Source: Squalus acanthias (taxonomy: Eukaryota). Taken from it: DNA of 64,000 bases. The notes under the pieces were generated by a model. That model was not told where the DNA came from. It saw nothing but the letters and a program-made list of their open reading frames with translations, and did no database searches. The stretch is from positions 120,220,001 through 120,284,000 of the forward strand of contig CM059432.1 in the NCBI GenBank assembly GCA_030390025.1. Direction: 5' to 3'. This document shows positions 13,623-27,111 of the stretch, piece after piece. Position 1 is the first letter of the stretch, and the number at the start of each line of letters is the position of its first letter. The position numbers and the translations under genes are program-made.

Positions 13623-14066
13623 ACTTGCATTTATATAGTGCATTTCACAAGTTCAGGACATCACAAAGCACCAATTAAGTATTTTTTGCAGTTTAGTCAC
13701 TATTGTAATGTAGGAAATGCGACAGCCAATTTGTGTACAGCAAGCACCCACAAATAGCAATGTGATAATGACCAGACAATCTGTATTTTTTAGTAACGTT
13801 GATCAATATTGATCATGACACTGGGGAGAACTCCCCTGCTCTTCTTCGAAATAGTGCCATGGGATCTTTTTGTCCACCTGAGAGAGCAGACAGGGCCTTG
13901 GTTTACCATCTCATCCAAAAGACAGCACCTCCGACAGTGCAGCACTCCCTCAGTACTGCACTGGAATGTCAGCCTAGATTTTTGTGCTCAGGTCTCTGGA
14001 GCGGGACTTGAACCCACAGCCTTCTGACTCAGAGGCAAGAGTGCTACGAACTGAACCACAGCTGAC
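13623..14066 (-). mobile_element. tRNA-derived DeuSINE-type SINE (SacSINE1/AmnSINE-like core)
   Basis: Reverse-complement homolog of 58165-58572. A/B-box head, central GATCCCATGGCACTATTTCGAAGAAGAGCAGGGGAGTTCTCCCC core, tail CTATATAAATGCAAGT. Family name is from recall. Confidence 0.8.
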
Positions 14067-14394
14067 CTAGATTGTATAGGGTGATTTTAATAGATAGCAT
14101 ACGTTCCCAGATGGTTGGCATAGGGGGACAGCTATTATTATGGGGTAGAAAGAAACTATGTCTAGCAGCTCAAATTTAAAAAGATGTGCTCATATGGGAA
14201 AAAATTATAAAAGTTTAAAATGAGATTTAAATTATTTTTCAGCCTTTGAGAAATAAGCAGCATTTGGGGAGGGGGAGCCGGAGGGTAAGGAAAGGCTTAA
14301 TAGGCAAATTGATGGAGTGGAGGTGCCTCCAATCCCTTTTATGATGGCTGGCAAAGAGCATGTGCTGTTGCATGAGATGGGTGTGAGGAAGGTT

Positions 14395-17300
14395 AGAATC
14401 ATAGAAACGTAGAGCACAGAAGGAGGTCATTTGACCCATCGTGCCCATGCTGTCTCTTTGAAAGAGCAGTCATGCTTAGTCCCACACCCCCGCTTTTTGT
14501 CCATAACCCTGTAAGTTCCTCATCCTCAAGTACCTGTCCAACTGCCTTTCACAATTATTTATGGAATCAGCTTCCACCACTTTTTCAGGTAGAGCGTTCC
14601 AGATCCTGACAACTCTCTGAATAAACAAAAATTCTCCTCATCCCCCCTCTAGATCTGTTGCCAATGATTTTAAATATAGGGCCTCTGTTTATTGACCCAC
14701 TCGTCAGATGGAACAGCCTTTCTCTATCTACTCTATCAAAACTCCTCATCATCTTGAAAACTTCTATTAGGTCACCTCTTAACCTTCTCTGTTCCAAGGA
14801 GAACAGCCCTAATTTTTCCAACTTTTCCTCATAACTGAAGTCCCTCATCCCTGGTAACATCCTGGTAAACCTCCTCTGCACCCTTTCTAAAGCCTTTACA
14901 CCTTTCCTAAAGTGTGGTGCCCAGAACTGTCCACAATATTCCAACTTAGGCCTAATTAGTGATATCGTTTTAGCATGATCTCTTTGCTTTTATATTCTAT
15001 GCCTCGATTTATAAACCCAAGTAACACATATGCTTTTTTAACCACCTTATCAACTTGCCCTGCCACCTTTAAGGATTTATGTATATGGACACCAAGGTCT
15101 TTCTGCTCATCTACACTTTTCAAGATCGTGCTATTTATAGTACACAGTCTTTCCCCATTAGCCCTCCCAAAGGGCATCATTTCACACTTCTCAGCATTGA
15201 ACTCCATCTGCCATGCTTCAGCCCGTTTCACTATCCTGTCTGTCATCCTGAAGTCTACAACTATTCTCACCACTATCTACTACATTGCCACGTTTTGTAT
15301 CATCTGCAAACTTTATAATGCTGCTCCCTACACCCTAATCTAGGTTGTTTATAAAAATTAAAAAGAGTAATGGATCCAAAACTGACCCTTGAGGAACACC
15401 ACTGCAAACCACCTCCCAGTCTGAAAAACATCCATCCACCACCACCCGCTGCTTCCTGTCACTGAGTCAATTCCGTATCCATACCACCACTTTCCCCTTG
15501 TTTCCATGGGCTTCCATCTCCTTAACAAGCCTCCTGTGCGGCATTTTGTCGAATGCCTTCCAAAAGTCCATATATACAACATCTACTGCACTACCTTGAT
15601 CAATCTTCTCTGTTACCTCATCAAAGAATTCAATCAAGTTAATCAGGCATGATTTGCCATTAAAAATCCATGCTGGCTCTCCTTGATTAACCCATGCTTT
15701 TCAAAATGAAAGATTATTTTATCCCTGATAATGGTTTCCATTTATTTCCCCACCACTGATGTTAGGCTGACTGGCCTGCAATTTCCTGGTTTATCCCTCT
15801 CCCCTTTCTTGAATAGTGGTATAACATTAGCGACCCTCTAGCCCTCCGGCACTACTCCTGTATCCAATGAGGATTGAAAGATTGTGACCAATGCCTCTGC
15901 TATTTCTATCTTTGCTTCTTTCAGCAACCTAGGATGTATTTCATCCGGACCAGGTGACTTACCAACTTTCAGTAATGTTAATCTTTTTAGCACATCTACT
16001 CTATCTATTACTATCCTGTCCATAACTTCCCTCTCCTCCTTTAGTGTAACCTTCACTTCATCCATTTCCTTTGTGAAGACAGATAGAAAGTACTCATGTA
16101 ATACTTTAGCCTCTGCCTGTACAGGAGGATTTCCCTTTGGGTCCTAAATAGGCCCAACTTTTTCCCTAGCTAGCCTCTTACACTTTATATGTTTATAAAA
16201 TGTTCTAGGGCTCAATTTTATGTTGCCTGCTAATCTTTTCTCGAAACCTCTCTTTGCTTCCTGTATTAACTTTTTCAGTTCCCTCCTGTACTTTCCATAA
16301 TCTTCCTGTTTATTAATTGAATCTTGCTCCTGACCTTTGTCATAAGCCTCCTACAAAAAAACTTCAAGCAATTAATAGCTCCCCCTCTGTTCCTTAACTC
16401 AAACCAAATAGATTCAGTTCTAGAACCATCGAGTATATTCTTTCTATTTAGAACTGTAACATCATCCTTAATCAATACTGCCACGCACGCACCCTGCCCC
16501 CCCCCCCCCTCCTCCTCCTCCTCCTCCTCCTCCTCCTCTTTTTCCTTCTCTATCATTCCTAAATATTGGTAACCAGGAAAATCAAGAACCCATTCCTGGC
16601 CGGTTTGAGCCATGTCCCCATTAACGCAACCACGTCATAATCCCATGTGGCAACTTGTGTCTGCAGCTCACCAACCTTATCAGTTATACTGTGGACACTG
16701 ACGACATACAAGTCAATACCTCCTTCCTCACTTTTGATATTTTCCTCAATCTGGTTCCGGCAATTTTTGGGACATTTCTAATTTTACAGCTGTTTATATC
16801 TCTGTCCTCTCTGCTATTTTCTGGTTCCCCTGCCAAATAGTTTAAACCCTCCCCAACAGTACTAGTGGCCCTTCCCCCAATGTCCCCAAGAATTTGAAAT
16901 CCCGCCTCCTGCACCAGATTTTTAATTAGTTCCTGGGTTGCGGGCATCGCTAGCAAGGCCAGCATTTATTGGCCATCCCTAATTGCTCTTGCGAAGGCCA
17001 CGTTCTTGAACCGCTGCAGTCCGCATGGTGAAAGTACTCCCACAGTGCCGTGAAGGAGGGAGTTATTCACATTATTGTTTTCTGTAGCAGTTTGTTACAA
17101 CTGAGTGCTTGCTGGGCTTGAGAGGGCAGTTAAGAGTCAACCACAATGCTGTGGATCTGGAGCCAGACCAGATAAGAACAGCAGATTTCCTTCTCTAACG
17201 GAAGGACATTAGTGAACCAGATGGGTTTTTACAACGATCTAGATTTATTTAATTAACTGAATTTAAATTCCCCAGCTGCTGTGGTGGAATTTGAACTCAC

Positions 17301-17490
17301 ATCTCTGAGATCATTATTCCAGACCCCAGGATTAATAGTCCAGTAACATAACCACTATGCTACCGTTCCCTTAGCTGCACTAGTTATCTGCACTATCTTC
17401 TTGTTTCTATACTCACTAACACGTGGCACTGGGAGTAATCCTGAGATTACTACCTTTTAAGGTCCTGTTTTTTAAGCTTTGTCCTAGCTT
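14395..17490 (-). mobile_element. CR1 LINE, degenerate (ORF1 remnant, endonuclease, RT, 3' tail), interrupted by a SINE
   Basis: ORF pieces KSPGPDEIHPRLLKE, WQMEFNAEKC, EYCGQFWAPHF...LERVQRRFTRM, LFSLEQRRLRGDLIEVFK. TTCTATGATTCT tail at ~14395-14406(-). 17375-17490 is homologous to 40270-40380. Confidence 0.92.
16918..17370 (-). mobile_element. tRNA-derived SINE with LINE-like 3' tail, inserted in CR1
   Basis: Minus-strand head GGGAACGGTAGCATAGTGGTTATGTTACTGGAC (A box) and GAGTTCAAATTCC (B box). Tail contains CAATAAATGCTGGCC. CR1 sequence resumes on both sides. Confidence 0.75.
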
Positions 17491-19354
17491 GGCCTATCGG
17501 GCACTCTAGGGCACCCTTCCCAGAGGACAGTAGTGTACCTTGCCTATCAGGAGATGGCAGCCAGCTTGAATGGTCTATATAGTACATTTATGCCATCTAT
17601 AATGCTCTGCACTCTAGAATATAGTGCCACACAGAAAAGAATCTGTGCCTAGTCAAGTTAATGCCTCCTTTCCACAAGGATTAATGTGTTGTTTCTTGCA
17701 AACTAGGACTGTGGCACTTACTTTATATATCTGTGGACATTCAACCAACTGTTCTGGTGCATGTCACCAGTGGTGACTTGGAAGGATCTGGTGCTGCAGA
17801 ATCTCAATGCATTAGTGCCTTTCACTCACAAGCGATGAGTCATTCCAGTTGTCTGCAGACCTGCATCCAATAGATGACCCGCTTGTTCCTCTAATTTCTA
17901 TTTGGTTGGGTCGCTGAACTATTAAGAGTTCTTTCCCTTACACCCGATCTGCATTTCTGCTGTCTGTCCTGTCTCTATATCTCCCTGAATTTAGGCACCT
18001 CACAGCTCCATTGATTCAAAGTGCACCATTTATACCAGATAAGTCCTTGTTTGTATAATTAATCTGAACTCTTGCAGATGCTTTTGGATTGATCCTCTTA
18101 TCCACTTTTAGGAGAAGATTCCTTTGTTCAGCAACATTGAAAATATAACAGGAATAACACCTTTTAGAAAGCTTCTTTTAGCAATAAGGACATTCTAAAG
18201 ATAGCAGGAAGATACTGTATGTGATGTGAGAGACTCACAACATGCTGCATCCTTATGTTGAAAGCAGTTGCTGCATCTTCATTCATGTATTCTGTGATTT
18301 CATGATGTCACTATAACACATTGCTTGTGCTCATGGTGACTCAATTCAATTTTTTTTATTTTCTCACATTTTGTTCTCATGTTTATATTTTCTCTTTATC
18401 AAGTACATAAGGCTTCCAGTTCAATGTGACATTATTCCAGCAGTCACCCTTGCTGCTTCTGTGTTATTTGCTCTTGTCCACCATGCTTGGCCTACTTTAC
18501 TTGGCTAAACACCCTTAAAACTAGTTGCCAGTACACGTTTACAGCTTGAGAGGCCAAAGTCATACTGAAAAGTAGACAGACCAGTTTCGCAATGAGAGGT
18601 GTAATGTCATTCCACCTTTTGATTCCTGTGTATTATGCCAGATCCAGCTGTAACTAGAACTAGCGTAGTACTGATCACTTAGCCGGTCTATCTAGCAGAA
18701 GGCCAGCTAAATCAGAGTGTGATTTAGCTCCATATTATGGCCTAGAAATCTGACAAGGCCGAAAACAGGCGGTGCCACCGCGGGACTAGGTTAACTCGCA
18801 CTTTTTGGTGCTGCCTGCTGATTTGAATGATCGCAGCGCACAGCCTACCATGCAACACACTTCTTCAGGCGGTGCGCTCAGCAGGAGGCCCAACGTAGTG
18901 TGGCCGTAACGTCCCTGGAACGAGGCAGCGTTTTCTTAAAGCTAGGCTGTCATTTTAGAAAGCAGTCTCGATCCCTTAAAGGGGAACTGTCTTCTAAAAT
19001 AAATAAAAAATCATTTCAAAATAGGCAGTCTTTAGCCCTTAGAGCTCAACTGCCTTCTGAAAAAAAACATTAAAAATAATTCCAAAATGGCAGTCTTCAG
19101 CTTTTAAAGCTTTCTCCGTGCAGCTTACGTGCCTTGTCCACGTAAAAAAATGGTAAAAGTGCTTCAGCACTAACTCAAATGGCTCAACAATCCAGGGAAA
19201 GGGAACCGAGGGTCTCGCACGCAGCACTCCAGCTTCGTGCAGAGGGTCAACACTGCAAGAGAGGTCGTCTTCCCACAGGAGGCCCTCCAGAAAGAAGGAT
19301 GTGGGACCAGATTACCGAGGCTGCCACTACCAGCAGTGTTGTCCCCAGGAATAT

Positions 19355-21227
19355 ATATCAGGCTATATATAGAAGGCTCAGAGGAGAAGTGAAAAAGAAA
19401 ATAAGAGGGGCAAAGAGAGGATATGAGAATAGAATGGCAGCCAACATAAAAGGTAATGCAAAAGTCTTCTATAGGCATATAACGAGTAAAAGGGTAGTAA
19501 GAGGAGGGGTGGGGCTGATTAGGGACCAAAAAGGAGGCAGAGGATATGGCTGAGGTACTAAATGAGTACTTTGCATCTGTCTTCACCAAGGAAGAGGATT
19601 CTGCCATAGACATAGTGAAGGAGGAGGTAGTAGAGACACTTGATAGGATAAAAATTGATAAAGAAGAGGTATTAGAAAGGCTGGCTGTACTTAAAGTAGA
19701 TAAATCACCAGGAGCGGATGGGATGCATCGTAGGATGCTGAGGGAATTGAGGGTGGAAATCGCGGAGGTACTGGCCATAATATTCCAATCCTCCATAGAT
19801 ATGGGGGTGGTGCCAGAGGACTGGAGAATTGCAAATGTTACACCGTTGTTCAAAAAAGGGTGTAAAGATAAACCCAGTAACTACAGGCCAGTCAGTTTAA
19901 CCTCGGTAGTGGGGAACCTTTTAGAAACAGTAATCCGGGACAAAATCAACAGTCACTTGGATAGGGGTGGATTAATTAAGGAAAGCCAGCATGGATTTGT
20001 TGAAGGCAAATCGTGTTTAACTAACTTGATCGCGTTTATTGATGAGGTAACAGAGAGGGTTGATGAGGGCAATGCGGTTGACATTGTGTACATGGATTTC
20101 CAAAAGACGTTCGACAAAATGCCACATAATAGGCTTGCCAGCAAAATTGAAGCTCATGGAATAAAAGTGACAGTGGCAGCATGGATACGAAATTGGCTAA
20201 ATGACAGGAAACAGAGAGTAGTGGTGAACGGTTGTTTTTCGAACTGGAGGAAGGTATACAGTGGTGTTCCCCAGGGGTCGGTTCTAGGACCACTGCTTTT
20301 CTTGATATATATTAATAACTTGGACATGGGTGTACAGGGCACAATTTCAAAATTTGCAGATGACACAAAACTTGGAAGTACAGTGAACAGTGAGGAGGAG
20401 AGTGATAGACTTCAGGAAGACTTAGACAGTCTAGTGAAATGGGCGGACACCTGGCAGATGAAATTTAACGCAGAAAAGTGTGAAGTGATGCATTTTGGTA
20501 GAAAGAATGAGGAGAGGTAATATAAACTAAAGGGTACAATCCTAAAGGGGGTGCACGAACAGAGAGACCTGGGGGTATGTGTGCATAAATCGTTGAAGGT
20601 GGCAGGGCAGGTTGAGAAAGCAGTTAAAAAGGCTTACGGGATCCTGGGCTTCATAAATAGAGGTATAGAGTACAAAAGTGTGGAAATTATGATGAACCTG
20701 TCTAAAACACTGGTTCGGCCCCAACTGGAGTACTGTGTCCAATTCTGGGCACCACATTTTAGGAAGGATGTGAAGGCCTTAGAGAGGGTGCAGAAAAGAT
20801 TTATGAGAATGATTCCAGGAATGTTGATAGACTGGAGAAGCTGGGGTTGTTCTCCTTGGAGCAGAGAAGATTGAGAGGAAATTTGATAGAGGTGTTCAAA
20901 ATCATGAGGAGTCTGGACAGGGTAGATAGAGAGAAACTGTTCCCATTGGCAGAATGGTCGAGAACCAGAGAACATAGATTTAAGGTGATTGGCAAAAGAA
21001 CCAAAGGCGACATGAGGAAAAACCTTTTTACACAGCGAGTGGTTAAGATCTGGAATGCACTGCCTGAAAGGGTGATGGAGGCAGACTCAATTTTATCTTT
21101 CAAAAGGGAGTTGGATAAGTATCTGAAGGGAAAAAAAATTGCCAGGCTATGGGGAAAGGGCAGAGGTGTGGGACTAGCTGAGAGTCGGCACGGGCTCGAC
21201 GGGCCGAATGGCCTTCTTCCGTGCTGT
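19355..21227 (+). mobile_element. 5'-truncated CR1 LINE
   Basis: Continuous CR1 ORF2 homology through the C-terminus and 3' UTR (GGGCCGAATGGCCT...CTGTAA). Confidence 0.95.
19546..20520 (+). pseudogene. CR1 ORF2 reverse transcriptase domain (open for 324 aa; premature stop at 20518 and later frameshift)
   Basis: [51 protein letters not shown]. Confidence 0.93.
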
Positions 21228-22238
21228 AAAAAAAAGAAAAATAAAAGGACCAAACCACTACTTCAATAAAATATAAAAAACCAGTCCAAAAGCTGAAGTC
21301 CAAACTTACCTGAAAGATGTGTGTATCCCTTTAAGAAACAATGACAGCGTCTCTGCAGGGCAGCTACACGCACGATCTTCTGTGCATAGTTAGGAGAGGC
21401 CGTTATGGCATGCGGCGACATCCAAAATAGCACTCGTGGCGTCAAATCAGGCGTTGCACGCTGATTGACGTCACGATCTGCTCATTTGAATTTCAGAGGC
21501 TAGCGCTGAAAATGGCAGCGCTATGGGCATCACCAAAATGGTGGCCGCTGTGTCCCGTGCCGGAAGCGGGCAGAAGCGAGGGAGCCACCATTTTTTGAAG
21601 AAACCCGGTGCAAACACGTGGCCTTAAGGTTGGGAATTTCTAGGCCTAGGATTTTTAAATTAGGCTGTTGCTTTGTAAATTTACTGTGAAACACGTAGGC
21701 TGAAATTTTCCCGCTGCCTTGCATGCGGGATTGGAGGCAGGTCAGGAGTGAAAGTGGAGATAATTCACTGCAGGTCAGGAACCCGCCATCATCCCACCTC
21801 CATGCTCCTTTAACTCGGGCGGGTTTTCCAGCGACCGGAATGGCAGAGGCGGGCGACCCAATTTAGATAATTATTAGCTTGTTGTCACACCCTTAAACGT
21901 CTTTTTAACCAAACCTTTGCAATTTCACTGCATGACCAGGGGAATCACATAGCTCGGGAACCATGCCTGTCAAGCTGAGGCGGAAGTTCATTGGCGATTG
22001 ATCCAGCTCATCAATGCACAGCATGGAAAGCACAATAAATACTGGCAGCTGACACACGCTCACTTTTCTAAGGGAAATACTGTTGCTGAGTGCATTTTCA
22101 GAACAGATTTAAGTTTCTAGAGGTTGCAAGTGTTTTCAGCAAATTCAGGAACCACTGTCAGCTCAATGCTACAACATATCTCACCATTGACAGATTGCTT
22201 CTCTCATCTCTACTTGACCTGCCATCTATTACATCAGC

Positions 22239-23439
22239 ATGGGAGCCTCAGAATCGGACCACGATGAGCCCTAACACCAGCAGCACACAAGCAGCACCAA
22301 CAGCAACACCACCAACCTTCTCTTAAATGAACTGATGCTCCACAGGACAGAGGGCATCGGTGCAGGGCTGCACCGTGCTGGAGGTGACACCCCCCAATAC
22401 AGGGTTTACAGGCAGAAGATTAGTTACCTCAACATGTCTGAGCAGCCGTGCCAAAGGAGGCTCAGGCTATCGCGCCAGGTCATCGCAGACATTTGTAGCT
22501 TGCTGGAGCAAGAACTGCAGCCCAGAGGACCTGGTGGACACCAGTGGCTGTCAAAGTCACCAGCGCCCTCAACTTCTTTGCCTCAGGCTCCTTCCAGGGA
22601 TCTGCAGCAGACATTTATAGCCTCTCGCAGTTGGCCACCCACAGATGCATCACACAGGTCACCGATGCCCTGTTTGGCATGTCAGCCAATTATATCAACT
22701 TTGCCACTAATGAAGTCAGTGTTACTGAGCGGGCGCTGGGCTTTGCCGCTCTGGCTAGCTTCCCACGGGTGCAGGGTGTCATCGACTACACAGATGTGGC
22801 CAACAGAGCAACCCATCATCACCTAGGAGTGTTTGTGAACCGCAAGGGTTTCCACTCCCTCATTGTGCAGCTGGTCTGCAACCATAGGAAGATCATCATA
22901 TATGTGTGTACCAAATTCCCTGGCATCTGCCATGACTTTTTCATCCTTCGCCAGTCCACCCTCCCTCAGCTCTTCGCTGCTCCAAACAGACTTTCCAGCT
23001 GGCTGCTTGGAGACAAGGACTATCCACTAAAGATGTGGCTCATGACACCCTTGAGGAGACCCAGTACTGAGGCCCAGGAGAGAAAAAAGGAAAACCACAT
23101 TTCCACCAGGTGTGTCATACAGCAGACAATAGGCATGCTGAAAAGCGCATCAAATGCCTTGACAGATCTGGAGGAGCCCTGCAGTATGCACCAGCCAGGG
23201 TCTCCAGAATCGTCGTGGTCTGCTGCGCGCTGCACAACATAGTGCAGCAGCGAGGATTAGCGCTGCATGAGGAGCAAGGCACTAAGCGCACAGCCTCTTC
23301 AGAGGAGGAGGAGGAGGAGGAGCAGCTGGAAGATGAGGAAGAGAAGCAGGAGGAACCTGAGGTTCAGATGCCACCAGCACCCAAGCACATTGCTGCCTGG
23401 GAGGCCAGAGATGGCTTCATCATGGCCAGATTTAGTTAA
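22239..23439 (+). pseudogene. Harbinger DDE transposase pseudogene
   Basis: [53 protein letters not shown] and an acidic tail; several frameshifts. Confidence 0.9.
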
Positions 23440-23726
23440 TTTCATGCATTGCACTGATATGGCTGCCACATGCTGTGCCAGGTTTCCCCACCCCCACAAC
23501 AACACCATAAAGCATCCCTACAATGACCAAGCCATTCCTTTCACCAGTACTGGAGGTAATGTTATGTCTCACCATTCACTCCAACTCTATGCCAACTTCC
23601 AAAGTTGCAGACAAATTTGGCAATGACCGGAAAGTGGTGAAAATAAATAGTTTTATCTATGACATAAGAGTAATGAACCTTAAAAGAAACATTTATTTAA
23701 ACACCCATGTGCCTACCCTTGTGCAT

Positions 23727-25011
23727 CTATATGTGCGCCATCTTTCTCTTACGTGTGCTTCTACGAGGTGCTACCCCTGTGCCTTCAGCAGAGGTAGAGG
23801 CAGCCTGCTCACTTCCCTGCCGTGATGGCATAAACACTTTTGGCAGATGTCCTCTGGGTTTTGGAGCCTCTGATAGCCCCGCCAAAGTTTGCTCCTCCTG
23901 CGACTGTGCAGGGGCAGACTCGGCCATCGTGATCCCAGGAAGCCTCTGGGGCTCTGACTGAGGGGGAGGTAACCAGGGAGAAAAGTGAACGCTTTGAGAG
24001 GAGCCCCCACTTCCATATCCCCTCTCACCGTCATCCCTCTCATTGGCAACCCGCACTTCCCTGCTCGCAAGGAGCTGGAGAGCACCTTGCTACACAGCAG
24101 TGGGGCCATGAGGACCCAAGTCTACATTTAGGTCCCTCCTAGAAAGAAGGTCTATGAGCCTCTGCCATCTATTCTCCATAGATTCCATGTGCTTATTTGA
24201 GTGGCGCATTAGCTGCTCCATGCAGGTGGCCATCCTTTCCATGGAAGAGCTTACAGTCGCCATCGCCTGCGACATGGTGGTGCTCCTGTTGGAGATGGAC
24301 TCCTCCATTCTCTGAACATTTGAAGACAACGCGGTTGCGAAACCCGTCAGAACCTCCTACACTTCTTCCTGCAGTTCCAGGATCGCCCTCTTTCTCGATG
24401 GCCCCCGAGGCTCAGCGTCTGCATGCAGCTGAGCAGAACTGGGAACATCCTATGCCCTCCGGCGAGGACTCTCCACTGCTGTCCCTGTCTCCACCATCTC
24501 CTTTTGTTCACTTGTGACTTGTGACACACCAGGTGACAACACTACTCTATCTTGCGTAGGATCCACCAAAGTGTGTGTACCTGCGCTGGTGTTGGGTGCA
24601 CTTATGTCTGGTGACGGTACACCCTCAGAGGGTGGAGGCTTCTCTAAGGAGTCATCTTCCTCTTCCTCCTGGACAGTGGGGGGGCTTGTGATGGACATGT
24701 GGGAAAGTAAAGAGATGATTTAGAAATGTCACATTAAGAATGGGTGATGATACTATTATGCACATGATAAACATTCACTGGCTGCTGACATCAGTCCCCA
24801 TCTGAGTGACTGCTGTATACCATGTGGCTGTATGAGATGTAATTCTGTCACCAGGTTGCTGGGATGTCCCCCTCTCTCTGTCTCCCACCTCCACCTGCTT
24901 TGTAGTTCCTGAGACGTCCAGAGCGACCTCCTCTGCTGGAGCTAACATGGCCTGTGATGCAGGGCCACCTCCAGTTCTCTCCCTCTCCCTCTTATTGTGG
25001 ACACTCTTCTC
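23727..25011 (-). pseudogene. Harbinger Myb-protein gene remnant (exons 2-3; exon 1 deleted)
   Basis: Exon 2 at 25011-24852 (EKSVHNKRERERTGGGP) with AG/GT boundaries. C-terminus ...GVAPRRSTRKRK. Confidence 0.75.
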
Positions 25012-25358
25012 CTGCAAGGAGGGAAAGAAGAGAAGTTTGAGTGAGAGTGATGGATTGAGTGTAAGGAATGGATGGGTTACATCTGTAGAGGGTGACTCTG
25101 AGGGAGTGGGGTGCCAATGCCAAATGGCCTCCTTGTGTGGTATTACTTGCATTAGGATGAGGGTGAGTGTGAGGGGTGGTTAGTCAGATGGGGATGACTA
25201 ATTGGTGTCATTAAGGGAAAGTCGTTCTGAGGAGCGGCATGAAATGAGGAACGGGGTCCCAACCCGCCACACCGACCGCCCGCACCCGACGCGCCCAGGT
25301 AAAGAAAATTACCGCCATTGTAAGGGCATTGTTGTGTTTCGGGGTTTTTACTTTCAAT

Positions 25359-25537
25359 GGGGTTAATTTTAACTTTTAGCAATAGTTTAAACAGGCAATA
25401 TCAGATCCCATTATACACCCCATCTGATTTTCCTTTCATTGAAATGAATGGATAGGAAAATCGAGTGAGGTGTATAACAGGCGACCATTCCAATATCGCC
25501 CATTTCACATCATCGCCAAAAGTGAAAATGACCTCCA
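25359..25537. mobile_element. Short palindromic MITE (degenerate)
   Basis: Ends GGGGTTAATTTTAACTTTT / AAAAGTGAAAATGACCTC. Internal arms TTATACACC...GGTGTATAA surround a CATTGAAATGAATG centre. Confidence 0.6.
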
Positions 25538-26409
25538 ATTTTTTTTTAAGCCCACATTGCCTCTGACCTGGTGTGTGTCTTTACCTGCCCAATATCCCGG
25601 TCATTTGTAGTGAGCCCAGGGACCTGACAAAAATGACTATTTCGGCATACTGGTTATATCACAAGCCCTTATATGAGCTTTCTTGGCTTCGAAAGGCAAT
25701 GGAATAAACATTTTAACAGACTGTGGCTTAGGTTATAAACTGCCAAACAGATTTATTCAACAGTAAATGGATAAGTAAACAAAAACATTGACACCAGTAG
25801 ATTCGCAGTAGTTGTGACAAGTTCACTGAATATTAACCTCCATATTGTGATTTGTTGTCAGCCGTCTACTGACTCTCTCTGTCTTATTTATGTCTCTCTA
25901 ATGGCTTGAGATAGACCACCCAATTTGGACAAGTCAGGCTGAGAATACATTTCAAAAAATTATTGGATCAAAGGAACTTTGAAGTCAAAAAGAGCCACCC
26001 ATCAACATGTACAAACAAACCGGCACCTTATACAACTGATCATTATACATGCGTGAACCTTGATAAAGGGTGAAAGAAACTACTTCACAACATAGGAACT
26101 ACAGCCAAGCCAAGTGTAACATGCACACACTTCACTTCCAGCAGGGGCCACTGGATAGCGATCAGGAACAGAAACTTTGACTAATTTGCCCACTCTAACC
26201 CAGAGTTACTGAAGCCAATGATAGAACCTCCAGGCTGACCGTAAGATGAATACCATCCACCCAATCATTAACCTTTACTGCTGACTCCCCTCTCATACCA
26301 CTTTAAAATGGCATGGATGCAATAGGACATAGTTGGTAGTTGCTGTCCAGAGATACTTTTAGTTTCATCAGATTATTTTCTTTGCTTTGACAATTCCACT
26401 GACATTTAG

Positions 26410-26543
26410 GAATTATCAAAAATCTCGTATGGATACTACCAATAAAAGAACTTTATATCTCTGGCCTTCAACAAAATGTCATCCCTCTGTTGAAACCTCA
26501 GGAGCTTTGCAATTATAATCCAAAAGTCTCCTATACACCACAG
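26410..26543 (+). CDS. Candidate isolated internal coding exon of an unidentified host gene
   Basis: Acceptor ...CTGACATTTAG with branch-like CTGAC, donor CAG|GTGAGT. 134 nt with exactly one open frame (IIKNLVWILPIKELYISGLQQNVIPLLKPQELCNYNPKVSYTPQ) in non-repetitive DNA. Confidence 0.4.
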
Positions 26544-27111
26544 GTGAGTATTGTGAAGACTTGTGATGTGCTCTTGAAATCCAAGTGAAATTGAAAGGTA
26601 AGACCCATCAACTCACTATTAGTTGCAAAAAATGCTATTACACACAGGGTGCTGTCTTTCTACTTTGGACTATCAATGATTCTAAACTTGTTGAAGCAAT
26701 GACACTTTTCCAACCCATGCAATTCGGCTAGAAAGAGTACAGTTTTATAAAATGTTTGCAACAAACTTTGCAATTTGATCTTTAAATTTCTTAATCCATG
26801 TGCAAAGGAACCAGATCCAAAACTATCACATGGAAATGAATGTAGAAATACATTATGAACTAATGTTCCAATATTATAAATTTGACAGAACTTTATATTG
26901 GTTTACATGTTATTGTACATTTTGCTGACATGCACTTATAGAAGCATACAATCAGAACAGTGGCATAGTACAGTACAGTTGGGTTGCATATTTCATACCA
27001 GGGATAATGGAATAATTCAGTGTACTTCTATCCTTATTTCCACATCATAATTTTGGACATGGTTCCTTTGCATGTGGATTGGGAAAATGTAAAGATCAAA
27101 TTGTTAAGCTT

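Larger units (their letters stand above)
18739..21646. mobile_element. Non-autonomous Harbinger derivative interrupted by a CR1 insertion
   Basis: TIRs GGCCTAGAAAT (18739) / ATTTCTAGGCC (21646), flanks TAT/TAG. Decayed Myb start MAQQSREREPRVS at 19179. Confidence 0.7.
21698..25316 (+). mobile_element. Degenerate PIF/Harbinger (second family), transposase on + and Myb on -
   Basis: Imperfect TIRs GGCTGAAATTTTC / GAAAATTACCGCC and convergent gene remnants. Confidence 0.85.

Noticed and set aside
16275..16613. Poly-Glu/Gly protein
   Set aside because: A (TCC)n/poly-C microsatellite expansion within the decayed CR1 endonuclease.
17500..18700. Unique island with a GTAAGT donor on - (~17720)
   Set aside because: No convincing acceptor with an open frame could be paired to it.
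19170..19853. 227-aa minus-strand ORF and similar antisense ORFs (8281-8892, 9509-9943, 36009-36407)
   Set aside because: Antisense shadows of LINE or Harbinger coding frames.
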